Source: Nitrosopumilus sp. (lineage in GTDB: Archaea; Thermoproteota; Nitrososphaeria; Nitrososphaerales; Nitrosopumilaceae). From it: 64,000 nucleotides of DNA. A program made the position numbers and the translations under genes. Shown here one piece after another: positions 10,356 to 20,600 of the stretch. The notes under the pieces are model-generated. The model saw nothing but the letters and a program-made list of their open reading frames with translations. It was not told the DNA's origin and made no database searches. Position 1 is the first letter of the stretch. Every line of letters begins with the position of its first letter. The DNA lies in contig OZ245003.1 in the NCBI GenBank assembly GCA_965223425.1, positions 1,120,001 to 1,184,000 of the forward strand. Reading direction: 5' to 3'.

Positions 10356-11597
10356 TTGAGTAAAGTAAAGACTAGTCAAAAATTGATCAAGAAAGGCAAA
10401 TTATCTTATGAATGGGCTAGATCCCATATGCAAATTCTAGACAATACTGTTAATCGCTTTAAAAAATCTAAGCCCCTCAAGGGCGTAACACTTGGATTCT
10501 GTCTGCATATTACAAAAGAAACCTCTGTCTTACTAATGGGTGCCAAAGAATTGGGCGCAACCGTTGCATGTTGTGGTGGCAATCCGTTAACAACTCAAGA
10601 TGACATTGCAGCATTTTTGGCTTCTCAAGGAATTCATGTTTATTCTTGGCATGGACAATCTGTCAAAGAATATGATTGGTGTATTGATCAAGTATTGAAA
10701 CACAAACCAATAATTCTGACAGATGATGGGGCCGATATGAACATCAAGGCTCATTTTGATAAGAGATTTAAGAACATGAAAATTCTTGGAGCAACTGAAG
10801 AAACCACTGCCGGTGTTACTCGAATCAGAGCAGTAGAAAACCAGGGAAAACTCCGCTATCCTGTAATTCTAGTGAATGAGGCATATACAAAACACATGTT
10901 TGATAACCAATATGGAACCGGGCAAAGCACCATTGATGGCTATCTTCGGGCTATGAATTTGCTTATGGCCTCAAAACGTGTTGTTGTAGTTGGTTATGGT
11001 TGGGTCGGTCGTGGTGTTGCATCAAGATGCCATGGGATGGGCTCCAAAGTAATTGTCACTGAAATAGATCCTATTAAAGCACTAGAAGCTCACATGGATG
11101 GTTTTGAAGTAATGCCGATGTCACAGGCCTCCAAAACTGGTGACATTTTCATTACATGTACTGGAATGACGAGTGTAATTAGAAAAGAGCACATATTACA
11201 AATGAAAGGTGGCGCAATCATGGGAAATGTCGGCCACTTTGATGTTGAAATTGATAGTGAATTCTTACTCAGGCAGTCAAAATCTGTTAAAGAAGTAAGA
11301 CCCAGTCTTGATGAATGCACTTTGAAAAACGGAAAGAAAGTGTATTTGATTGGTCAGGGCCGACTTGCAAACTTGGTTGCAGCAGAAGGACATCCGCCGG
11401 AAGTTATGGCCCAATCATTTTCAAATCAAATTTTATCTGTTTTGTACATTCTCAAAAATCACAAAAAAATGGGAAATAAAATTATCAATGTTCCTGAAGA
11501 AATCGATAGACAAGTGGCAGTTGATGCATTAAGAGCGATGGATGTTAAAATAGACAAACTGACACCAGAGCAGGTAAAATACGCTAATAGCTGGTAA
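10356..11597 (+). CDS. ahcY: Adenosylhomocysteinase
   Basis: EETTAG, KHMFDNQYGTG, GYGWVGRG, AEGHP. Confidence 0.98.
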   Translation: MSKVKTSQKLIKKGKLSYEWARSHMQILDNTVNRFKKSKPLKGVTLGFCLHITKETSVLLMGAKELGATVACCGGNPLTTQDDIAAFLASQGIHVYSWHGQSVKEYDWCIDQVLKHKPIILTDDGADMNIKAHFDKRFKNMKILGATEETTAGVTRIRAVENQGKLRYPVILVNEAYTKHMFDNQYGTGQSTIDGYLRAMNLLMASKRVVVVGYGWVGRGVASRCHGMGSKVIVTEIDPIKALEAHMDGFEVMPMSQASKTGDIFITCTGMTSVIRKEHILQMKGGAIMGNVGHFDVEIDSEFLLRQSKSVKEVRPSLDECTLKNGKKVYLIGQGRLANLVAAEGHPPEVMAQSFSNQILSVLYILKNHKKMGNKIINVPEEIDRQVAVDALRAMDVKIDKLTPEQVKYANSW

Positions 11598-11626
11598 ATT
11601 AAGATCATTTTCACAATTTTCTCTAC

Positions 11627-11715
11627 TAGATCTAGTACACAATTAACACAATTTGATTACCTTTTCAGAATTTATTCATAGCATGATCAAATCACGGCAT
11701 GCTGTACTAAACACC
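11627..11715 (+). repeat. 89-bp inverted repeat, left copy (MITE-like island boundary)
   Basis: Near-identical to the reverse complement of 16347-16435. Confidence 0.9.
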
Positions 11716-11904
11716 ATGTTTTTTGCTTTTCAAAGCGAGTCTTTACGTCCTTCTTTTACCCAGTCTGGAAGATCCTTATGATGTCAGGTAAGAGGCGAGC
11801 TGATTTTGGAATCGAATGGCAGAATTTTGCATCTAAAACCACTAAATATTGTAATCATCAGATTTTTAAAATCCGATACCCATATTCTGGCAGATGTGCA
11901 ATAA

Positions 11905-12486
11905 ATGTCAATGATTGATGAGAAAATCGAGCAGTTCAACGATGTAGATAGATTTATTTTGTTACTGCTAGGTGCAAAAAATTCTGAATCCGTACCTGGC
12001 CCCATACATTTTCAAAAAGAAATGTATTTGCTTCAAAATCTATTTCCAAAATTAGCAGATGAGACTGATTACGACGCATACCTTCTTGAACCACACAGTG
12101 AGATTGTAGCCGACGAGGCAGAGCAGTTAGAATCTGCTGGATTAATAAGAGCAAAGACAGGAAATCTTGAGTTAACTTCAGATGGAAAAAAAGTCTTCAA
12201 CATATTAAAAAAGAGATCGAGTAAAGAAGAGACTAGAAAAATTGAAGAGTTCAAAGAACTTCTCAATGACTTGACCAAGGATGAGCTTTTGGCCTTCATA
12301 TATTTCTCTTACCCGTCCCAAGACGAACTTGAAAAGGAATCTATCGAGTACAAGGATCTTCTGCCAAAGCGAAAAAAACTTGCGATATCTATGTATCAAA
12401 GGGGCAAGATTAGTGCCCAAAAGGCAGCACAGATAGCAGGAGAGCATCTAGAAGATTTTCTTAAGGAATTAAAAAACGTGGCGTAG
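11905..12486 (+). CDS. Putative antitoxin: SocA/Panacea-like winged-helix domain fused to UPF0175-like C-terminus
   Basis: HFQKEMYLL...YDAYLLEPHS (QK..YL / GP.S-like) and LAISMYQRGKISAQKAAQIAG; immediately upstream of a PIN gene. Confidence 0.75.
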   Translation: MSMIDEKIEQFNDVDRFILLLLGAKNSESVPGPIHFQKEMYLLQNLFPKLADETDYDAYLLEPHSEIVADEAEQLESAGLIRAKTGNLELTSDGKKVFNILKKRSSKEETRKIEEFKELLNDLTKDELLAFIYFSYPSQDELEKESIEYKDLLPKRKKLAISMYQRGKISAQKAAQIAGEHLEDFLKELKNVA

Positions 12487-12742
12487 ATGAAAATTTTTGA
12501 TGCTACAGCGGTAATTGCATTTCTAAACGACATGAACTACTCAGATGGGATAATGGAACTCTCAAAACATTATGAGATAATTATTCCCAAAGGTGTTGCC
12601 GATGAGATTAAAAAATCCCCCGGAAAAGAGATGTTGCAAGATTTAGTAAAACAAAAGGCAATAAAGATTGGTACGTAGTGAATTGGATTAACAATCGCTC
12701 ACAAAACAGACAACATTATTCAACCACAAGATCTAGATCCCA

Positions 12743-13801
12743 GTGTATGGCAGAATCCGCATGAAATACAACAATTCTGCAATACCGGCAGACAGAAGGT
12801 TCCTGTCCGGCGTCTCCAGTGCGCGCCTGCGCAGCATGCAAAAAAAGGAGACAGATCCCAGGGCCGCAGCAAGGCTGCTGGCATATGCCATGCGCAAGGA
12901 GGGCATGTCCATACGCCGGATATGCAGGGCCCTCAACAGGTCATACTCTACAGTACGGGGCTGGCTTGTGCGCGCCGCACAGCTTGGCACCTGCGGCAGG
13001 TACGACATCAAAAACAAAGGCGCGCCAAACAAGCTCGATCCGGAACAGACAAAGCAGCTGCGCGCAGACCTGCTGGCAGGCCCGCGCAGTTGCGGCTTTG
13101 AGTCCGGAGTGTGGACGGCACCGCTGCTGGCCGCACACATCAGAAAAAAGTTCGGCGTGCAGTATGCCACTGTCAGCATATATGACATACTGCACAGGAT
13201 GGGCTTTTCGTGCAGAAAGCCGCGTCCAAAGCACCCAAAATCAGCCTCAGAATCAGAGAAAAAAGAGTTTAAAAAAAAAGCAGGGGAGATAATCCAGAGT
13301 CATCCAGACCATACGGTGATTACAGTTGATGAGGCCTCCTTTATCATTGGATGGAATACCAAGAACGGGTGGTACCTCAAGGGCAAGCCCGTCACCACTC
13401 CAGTCAGCCTGTCGCGCAAAAGGTTCTACTCGTTTGGGGCGCTGTACGACGGCGGCTTTGACTGCAGGTTCTATGCCAAGGCCAACAGCTACAGCTTTGT
13501 GGACATGCTCGGACACCTGCATCTCAAGCACGGCAAGATCATCGTCTTTCTTGATAACGCATCATACCACAAGTCAAAGATGGTCAATGATTTTGTCGAC
13601 TCGTATGACGGCGACATAGTCCTTGTTTACTTGCCCGTGTACACCCCGGAGCTGAATACCACGGAGGGGCAGTGGAGGCTGTTAAGAAGGGCCACTGCAA
13701 ACGTGATGTATGAAAGCACAAAGGTGATGAAGGAATCCATATGGACAATGCTGGATAGACGTGAGGTCAAGATAACAAGAATGAGCGGTTATTTATCCTA
13801 G
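12743..13801 (+). CDS. IS630-family transposase (element ~12674-13809)
   Basis: HTH, VDEASF, LDNASYH, YTPELNTTE; inverted ends ACGTAGTGA / TCACTACGT. Confidence 0.92.
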   Translation: MYGRIRMKYNNSAIPADRRFLSGVSSARLRSMQKKETDPRAAARLLAYAMRKEGMSIRRICRALNRSYSTVRGWLVRAAQLGTCGRYDIKNKGAPNKLDPEQTKQLRADLLAGPRSCGFESGVWTAPLLAAHIRKKFGVQYATVSIYDILHRMGFSCRKPRPKHPKSASESEKKEFKKKAGEIIQSHPDHTVITVDEASFIIGWNTKNGWYLKGKPVTTPVSLSRKRFYSFGALYDGGFDCRFYAKANSYSFVDMLGHLHLKHGKIIVFLDNASYHKSKMVNDFVDSYDGDIVLVYLPVYTPELNTTEGQWRLLRRATANVMYESTKVMKESIWTMLDRREVKITRMSGYLS

Positions 13802-13809
13802 TCACTACG

Positions 13810-14657
13810 TCACCGCCCCTGCTGGGCCGTATTGCATAAAACGTATCGCCACTGGCCGAATTGTAAAATATCCACACCCAGACCAGGACTCCGTCGAGTC
13901 GTATGGATGTCTCATCGATGTTGAGTACGGCCGCACCTCTTATTTTTTCCAGTATCCTCATGCTTGGATTCTCCAGATTCGTGCCCACATACCGCACTAT
14001 GTTGTGGATTGTGCCAGTAGATATTGGAACTCCCATATTCGTGATTCTTTGGGCGTTTAGTCTGCATGGCATTCGATCCATGTGGTTGGTCACTATCTCA
14101 GATATTATGTTGTGGCCATAATTTCCATATCCGGGCAGACAGGCATCGCCCTGTATTCCTGCCTTGCCGCATTGGTTGCACGTACACGTGTGTATTGTGT
14201 GTCGTGTGGTAACTGGTTTTGGTACGGGAATCTCCGTAATGTCGCGTACGTTCGTATCTGTCACGTCAAGCTCGGAGGCGCCGCAGTTGGGACACGTTTT
14301 GGGCATGTGCTCGGTGAATTCTGTTGGTTTGGGCCTGCTAGTGGTTCCCTTGTGGCCGGTTTGTGCGCCCTGCTTGCGGGGCGATTTTTCATCGGTGTCT
14401 TTTTCGTAGTTGCGCGTACGCTGTCGGGTCAGGGTGTTATGGGAAGGTGGTGTGTTGGGATTATCATAATATGCCACTATGCGCTCAAGTGCCTTTATTC
14501 TGGATTCATACTTGTTTGTCATCTCCCCATACTTGGATTCATACTTGTTTGTCATCTCCTCATACTTGTTTGCCATCTTTTCTATTGTCTGCTTTTGAAT
14601 CAGATTTTCTGTGCGGAGCTGCTTGTACATTTTCTTGTAGTCGCGCGTATCCTTCAA
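13810..14657 (-). pseudogene. IS66-family transposase, 3'-truncated
   Basis: Coiled coil, NTPPS, GAQTGHKG, CPNC/CNQC zinc finger, IDETSI, WVW; ends at the IS630 junction. Confidence 0.88.
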
Positions 14658-14878
14658 TATGACAGGTAAACCGAACTGGTATTTAGCTTGAGATGGTGAT
14701 CAAAAATTGATCCATTGGGGGAAAATTAGGCATGACGTGAACAGATACAAAGATTGTTAAAGTCGATCAATCAAAGGTAGATCAAATTCTAAACGAACAT
14801 CCACAGCTTCATAGAGGAGAATGCGAAGTCATAGAATTCATGCAATCATATTCAGGAAGAAATAATGCTTGTATAGTA

Positions 14879-14975
14879 GACCTTATGCGTAATCGACTAA
14901 AAATTCAAAATCAAATTGGTTTACTAAGGCAAAAATTATCTCGCAATATTAGTTTGATCGATTATGCATAAGGTC
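14879..14975. mobile_element. 97-bp MITE inside the PIN gene
   Basis: TIR GACCTTATGC(G/A)TAATCGA matching at 17/18; 5-bp TSD TAGTA (14874-14878, 14976-14980). Confidence 0.92.
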
Positions 14976-15144
14976 TAGTATCTGATGATTCAAAAGCTCG
15001 AAAGATTTTTCAAATGCTTAACTTCAAGTGGACCGAAAAACTATTGGATATTATGAAAGAGAAGGGAATAATCGACAAGCAAACTCATGCTTCTAAAAGT
15101 AGCAAGCTTCAAAACGCGGCATTTTATTCAAGGAGAAGAAAATT

Positions 15145-16312
15145 ATGACGACATATTTGCAAATCGAGACTCTTTCAAATGACAACAAAAAGTCGCTCTT
15201 TAGGAGTCAGAGGATAAAACTGAACGGTAAGAAGGCAGTGACTCCTCTAAAGGCACTGGATCCTACAAAATTCCGCTCTGATGTTTCTCTGAACAAGAAG
15301 GCATTTGGATTCAATGAAATCTATAGAGTGTTAAACTCGGATAAGATATCTTTGTTGCAAAAAGACTCGTACGAACATGACCGTTTCTCAAAAACACTGT
15401 CAAATATGGTTAGAAAAAGCCAATTAAATGACCTTAATGTCTGTCTAGTAAAGTTTTCTTCAAAGAGATCAACCGTTTCCACTCAAAAAAGAGATAGAAT
15501 TTCTAACTGATGTGGCACACAGCTTTTCTGATATTACTCCAATGCCAATTGTTGATATCAAGATAAACAGTTCCAATTTTTCAAGATATCTGAATTATCT
15601 ACAACTGTGTTATGATACAATAGAAGAGCTGAATAACAAACCCATTATGGGAATGCTTCCCAACATGCCACGAGAACTGTATCCAAAGCTTTTAGAATTT
15701 TATATTAAAAACCGAATCTCTTCATTTTGTTTTGATTTCAATGGACAGACACCAGACCACCTTAAGCTTCGTCCTGTAATGAGGTATCTCAACACAAAAG
15801 AACTTCTAAGCAAGACATTGATTTATGGAGTCAATGCAAAACCGGGAAGAGTGTTGAAAAACACTAACGTGATTCCTTCCAAAGATTTTATCGCCTACGG
15901 TTTTGGATTGGACATTCTTGGTGAAAGTCACATAGGAGCAAAAGGTTCAAAAGTATTCTTTGAAAAGATGAAAGTGGCAATAGGCAAACAGCAGGAAAAC
16001 AAGAAAAGAATCTTCATTAAATCTGATTATGGTTACTATAAAACAAATGTAAAGGAAGAAGTTTTCGGTCTTTATCCAAGTGACACAAAAATAAAATTAG
16101 ATGACATATTGCACGATTCACAACAAACTTGGCAGAAACTTTTCAATATGGAGCAACAATCAATAGAAACAGGCAGAATAAGAAAAAGACTTGAATCATT
16201 AGACAGGAACGAGACGATTCTAACTTATATTAAGAAAAAAACACAAATCAAAAAAGAACTCAAGCATCTTGAATCAGAACCTAAGAATATTTCACAGCAA
16301 ATGCTAATTTAA
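15145..16312 (+). pseudogene. TGT (tRNA-guanine transglycosylase)-like barrel protein, frameshifted near 15470-15490
   Basis: The 121-aa and 266-aa ORFs join via FPLKKEIEFLTDVAH. N-terminus FRSQRIKLNGKKAVTP and C-terminal LFNMEQQ..E..RIR helix resemble TGT; no CxCxxC zinc site. Confidence 0.55.
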
Positions 16313-16346
16313 TTGAAACATAGATGGCAGGCACACACACACCCTA

Positions 16347-16435
16347 GGTGTTTAGTACGGCATGCCGTGATTTGGATCATGCTGTGAATAAATTCTGAAA
16401 AAGTAATCAAATTGTGTTATTGTGCACTAGATCTA
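16347..16435 (-). repeat. 89-bp inverted repeat, right copy
   Basis: Reverse complement of 11627-11715 with few differences. Confidence 0.9.
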
Positions 16436-16481
16436 TGGTCTAAAACTTCTTAACCCCATTACTGTTCCTGACTATTGTCTG

Positions 16482-18137
16482 ATGAACAGAAAAGCCATCA
16501 TTACTAGTGCTTTACCTTACGCAAATGGAGAAATTCATTTGGGGCATGTTGCATCTACGTACTTGCCTGCAGATGTCACCACTAGATTCTTGAAACTAAA
16601 TGGAGTGGAGGCTTACTATGTTTGCGCATCTGATGATTTTGGAACGCCTATCTTAATTCAATCAGAAAAAGAGGGAAAAACACCTGCTGATTATGTTGCT
16701 CATTGGAACAAGCGTGACTTGGAAGATTTTACCTCGTTTAACATTGGATTTGATTATTTCTACAAGACCAGCTCTCCTGAAAACATTGCATTTGTTCAAG
16801 ACGTTTTCAAAAAACTAAACGATGCAGGTCATATCTATGAACAAGAAATCATTCAGTTCTATTGTAATAATGATAAAAAATTCTTACCTGACAGATATGT
16901 AAAAGGCACATGTCCCTACTGTAAAGCCGAAGACCAGTACTCTGATCTTTGTGAAAGCTGCGGCCGTGTCCCTGAAGAAATTACTGATCCAAAGTGTTCG
17001 CTTTGTGGCCGGCCTCCCACAAAAGAGAAGACCAATCATTATTTCTTTAAATTAAAAAATTTTGGTGATTCATTATCTAAATGGTTAGATGAAAACGACC
17101 ATCTCCAAAAAGATGTAAAAAAATATGTTCAGAACTGGATAACCTCTGGATTAATTGATTGGGATGTAACCCGTGATATTTCTTGGGGTGTGCCTGTGCC
17201 ACTTGACAATGCCAAAGACAAAGTATTCTATGGGTGGTTTGATAATCATTTAGCATACATTTCAACTGCAATAAAATTCCTAAATGATAAGGGAATTGAT
17301 GGAAAAGAGTTCTGGAATTCTGCTGACATTTATCACTTTATTGGAAAAGATATTGCGTATCATCACTACCTTTTCTTGCCTGCAATGAGATTGGGAATTA
17401 ATAGTGAATACAAATTACCTGATTACATCCCAACACGAGGACATCTTACCTTACAATCGAAGAAAATTTCTAAAAGCAGAAATTGGTATATTGGTCTGAA
17501 AGAATTTCTTGAATACTATCCTGCAGATTATCTTCGATATTACCTAGTATCAATTAACCCGTATTCCCAAGATGACTTGAATTTTGATTGGAATGACTTT
17601 ACCACTAGAATTAATTCAGAATTAATTGGAAATCTTGGAAATTTTATTAACCGTGCGTTGGGATTTACCAAAAAAGCGTTTGACGGTAAGGTTCCAGAGT
17701 CTGAGTCTTATGACGATAAAGATTCTGAGGCAGAACAAAAAATCAAAAGTTTTGCAGATGATGTGGGTTCACTCATGGAGCAAAACCATCTAGACAGGGC
17801 ATTAAAGAAGATAATGGAATTCTCATCGTACTTTAACCAATACTTTCAACACAAAGAGCCATGGAAAAAGGGCCCTGGCACTGCAAGCTGTGTATTTCTT
17901 TCAGTTAACGCTGCCAGAAGCTTGGCAATTGCCATTTTCCCATTTCTTCCAGAGTCTGCTCAGAAAATTTGGGATCAGTTGGGACTAGATGGAAATACCG
18001 GTGAATCATCTTGGAATGAGATATCTGTTTTGGGAATTTCTTCTAATCACGTCTTGGGCGAGGCTGCCCCTTTGTTTACAAAAGTTGAAGAGTCTGACAT
18101 TGAAAAATATAAAAAACAATTAGGCCCTTCTGAGTGA
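16482..18137 (+). CDS. metG: Methionine--tRNA ligase
   Basis: TSALPYANG, HLGH, zinc knuckle, KISKS. Confidence 0.98.
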   Translation: MNRKAIITSALPYANGEIHLGHVASTYLPADVTTRFLKLNGVEAYYVCASDDFGTPILIQSEKEGKTPADYVAHWNKRDLEDFTSFNIGFDYFYKTSSPENIAFVQDVFKKLNDAGHIYEQEIIQFYCNNDKKFLPDRYVKGTCPYCKAEDQYSDLCESCGRVPEEITDPKCSLCGRPPTKEKTNHYFFKLKNFGDSLSKWLDENDHLQKDVKKYVQNWITSGLIDWDVTRDISWGVPVPLDNAKDKVFYGWFDNHLAYISTAIKFLNDKGIDGKEFWNSADIYHFIGKDIAYHHYLFLPAMRLGINSEYKLPDYIPTRGHLTLQSKKISKSRNWYIGLKEFLEYYPADYLRYYLVSINPYSQDDLNFDWNDFTTRINSELIGNLGNFINRALGFTKKAFDGKVPESESYDDKDSEAEQKIKSFADDVGSLMEQNHLDRALKKIMEFSSYFNQYFQHKEPWKKGPGTASCVFLSVNAARSLAIAIFPFLPESAQKIWDQLGLDGNTGESSWNEISVLGISSNHVLGEAAPLFTKVEESDIEKYKKQLGPSE

Positions 18138-18892
18138 AAATGAAACCAATTCCGCGAGTTTCCACTAGAGGATACTACAACCTATCTACCGGAAAAACAG
18201 TCAAAAATAACCTGTATCATCTGTATCCCAAAAAATATTTTGAGACACTGATTGGTTCCAAAGAAATCACAATAATGATTCATGGTTTACAGAATGATAA
18301 TGCTGGTGCAGTTGCCAAAACTGTTTTGGCAAGAAACCGATTACGTAAATTAGGATATGCACATCCTGTAGTCGGGTTTAGCTATGATTCAAACACTACT
18401 GGTGCCCACTTAATCACACATGCAAAACACGCGCTTGCCGTAGGTCAGATAATTGCAAAGAAAAATGGTCGAAACCTTGGACGATTCATCGGAGACTTCA
18501 AAAATATCAGTCCCAAAACAAAAATTCGTTTAATGGGACACTCGTTGGGCTCTCAAGTAATTTTAAGCGCCGTTAATTATCTTGCAAAAAGGAAACAAAA
18601 TAAAGGAATTTTAGAGAGTGTTTATTTTTTTGGTGCATCCATAACTGCAGACATGCCCTCATCTAAAAAATATGGAAAGCTTCTGCAAACTGTTGTCAAT
18701 AAAAAAATCGTGAATTACTACGCTCCGACAGATGAAGTACTTTATTGGGCAAACATGGCGAATTACGTTCAAGGTCCATTGGGTCTTAAGGGTGCAACTG
18801 GGAAACCGGTTAGCAAATACCGTCAAAAATTAGTTAGACCAGAAAATCATAGGTTTGCTAGTTATGCTTTGACATTAGACTCGTTTCCATAG
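18134..18892 (+). CDS. Alpha/beta-hydrolase (DUF726/DUF900-like)
   Basis: IHGL oxyanion motif, GHSLG nucleophile elbow, C-terminal NH..Y. Confidence 0.85.
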   Translation: MKMKPIPRVSTRGYYNLSTGKTVKNNLYHLYPKKYFETLIGSKEITIMIHGLQNDNAGAVAKTVLARNRLRKLGYAHPVVGFSYDSNTTGAHLITHAKHALAVGQIIAKKNGRNLGRFIGDFKNISPKTKIRLMGHSLGSQVILSAVNYLAKRKQNKGILESVYFFGASITADMPSSKKYGKLLQTVVNKKIVNYYAPTDEVLYWANMANYVQGPLGLKGATGKPVSKYRQKLVRPENHRFASYALTLDSFP

Positions 18893-19112
18893 ACTGCTTT
18901 ATGCATGTTGGTGTGGTATAATTTGCGCACTAGTGTTTTATATTATAATGAAATTCATACTTTATGAAATCTAGGATACCGTCTAAACGAAGATCTGTGC
19001 TGTACCGTCTTCAAGTTTTAGATGAAACGTCTGAAAACCCTGCAGATCTTTCTGAGCATCCTTTTAGCTGTCACTAGCATGGTTTTTAGAACCTAATTTT
19101 CATCTGTCAGTA

Positions 19113-20039
19113 TTGACAAAGTCCATAAATTTTGTAGTTTTAGGCAAGCAAGACATCGCAAATGATTTTGGCAAAAAAGGCACCGTGACTGATCTTTCTC
19201 TGTATGACAGAAAGGAATCTGATATTATCAGAACTTGGGTGACTCCAAGTGGGTTTCCTGATAAAATACAACCGTTGTTTCAAGCAATCAATTTAGCAGA
19301 ATATGTGATATTTCATGTAGATAAATTAGATAGATTTACTGGTGAGCAAATCATTGCGCTTGACTCGTTGAAAAAAGAAAAAGGGATTCTTTCTCATACT
19401 TTTGATGTGGATGAATCGAAATTAGATGCAATGATCAAAGGAACTGTTGTTGAGAAATATGCCAAAGTTGATCAGGGCAAAATCAGGGAAGAGGCAGACA
19501 GACTGGAGCCTATCACCCCAAATGGCGGTGATTCCCCTGAGATGGCAATTGATCATTGTTTTGATGTTAAAGGTGTTGGAACTGTAATCTTGGGCAAGAT
19601 AACCAATGGAAAAATAAGACAATACGATAACCTAAAACTGTATCCTGCAGGAATTGACGTATTGGTAAAGTCAATCCAAATGCATGATGATCCTGTCGAA
19701 GAATCCAATTGCCCTGCCAGGGTCGGACTGGCCGTAAAAGGCGCAAAGCCTGATCAGGTTGGACGCGGCGATGTAATATCTGGGGAAGGGGCAGTGGATG
19801 TAAAAACAGAGATTGAGCTTGACTTTCAAAAAAACCCGTTTTACAAGAGTGAAATTGCAGAAGACCAAGGCTGTCTGGTAAATGTTGGATTGCAAGTCAA
19901 AGCCGCCAAGTTCTCATCAATTTCCCCACTGAGACTAACGTTTGAAAAACCAGCTGTGTGCAAAAAAGGCCGGGTTGCCGTAATTTTAAAACCAGAATCT
20001 CCAACTATCAGAATTCTTGGAAGCGGTGCCATCCAATAG
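19113..20039 (+). CDS. EF-Tu/SelB-like translation factor-related protein with degenerate G domain
   Basis: IDHCFDVKGVGTVILG and VKSIQMHD beta-barrel motifs; no P-loop. Confidence 0.85.
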   Translation: MTKSINFVVLGKQDIANDFGKKGTVTDLSLYDRKESDIIRTWVTPSGFPDKIQPLFQAINLAEYVIFHVDKLDRFTGEQIIALDSLKKEKGILSHTFDVDESKLDAMIKGTVVEKYAKVDQGKIREEADRLEPITPNGGDSPEMAIDHCFDVKGVGTVILGKITNGKIRQYDNLKLYPAGIDVLVKSIQMHDDPVEESNCPARVGLAVKGAKPDQVGRGDVISGEGAVDVKTEIELDFQKNPFYKSEIAEDQGCLVNVGLQVKAAKFSSISPLRLTFEKPAVCKKGRVAVILKPESPTIRILGSGAIQ

Positions 20040-20069
20040 ACTAAATAAAATCAAAATCCGCAATCCATT

Positions 20070-20600
20070 ATGCGTGGACTGATGATGGGCAGGATCCAGC
20101 CTTTTTCCTTGGGTCATCTGGATTTAGCAAGACAGATTCTTGAACAATGTGACAAAGTTATTGTTGCCATCACCAGCTTCCGGTTCAACTACCTGGAGAA
20201 AGATCCTTTCACTTCAGGCAAAAGAACTGGGATGATTCACAGCTCACTCAAAGAGCCGTCCATTGATCTGGATGGATGTTTTGTAATCCTTGTTGAAAAT
20301 CAGTCCAATGCTGCAACTTGGGCATCATGCCTAAAATCAGTACTGCCTCATTTTGATAAAGTGTATGGCAAAAGCAACTATGTCTTGATGCTGCTTGCCG
20401 ATTCCGGAATTGCAGTAGTCAGGCTCACGTTTTTGGAAAGGAATCAATTCGGCGCAACAAAAACTCGCTTCATGATAGTCGCAGATGAAGAATGGAAGCA
20501 CTCTGTCCCAAATACCGTTTATGAATTTTCCACAAAAATTAATGCTAAAAACCTACTAAAAGTAATTTCTAAATCTGATGCAAATCCCACTGAACACTGA
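20070..20600 (+). CDS. Nicotinamide-nucleotide adenylyltransferase, degenerate
   Basis: GRIQPFSLGH (canonical GRFQPFHxGH), DPFTSGKR; several conserved residues altered. Confidence 0.8.
   Translation: MRGLMMGRIQPFSLGHLDLARQILEQCDKVIVAITSFRFNYLEKDPFTSGKRTGMIHSSLKEPSIDLDGCFVILVENQSNAATWASCLKSVLPHFDKVYGKSNYVLMLLADSGIAVVRLTFLERNQFGATKTRFMIVADEEWKHSVPNTVYEFSTKINAKNLLKVISKSDANPTEH

Larger units (their letters stand above)
12671..14748. mobile_element. Truncated IS66-family element carrying an IS630
   Basis: 8-bp TSD AAAGATTG at 12663-12670 and 14749-14756; both ends begin with GTA as in IS66. Confidence 0.85.
12487..15148 (+). pseudogene. PIN-domain (DUF3368-like) toxin interrupted by two insertions
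   Basis: Joining 12487-12670, 14757-14878 and 14981-15148 restores one frame: IFDAT...VADEI...LHRGECEVI...CIVSDDSKARK. Confidence 0.88.

Noticed and set aside
13271-13280. Programmed frameshift at the IS630 A-run
   Set aside because: The transposase is already a single continuous frame in this copy
14501-14578. Short direct repeats as an array
   Set aside because: Coding repeats (EMTNKYE) in the IS66 coiled coil
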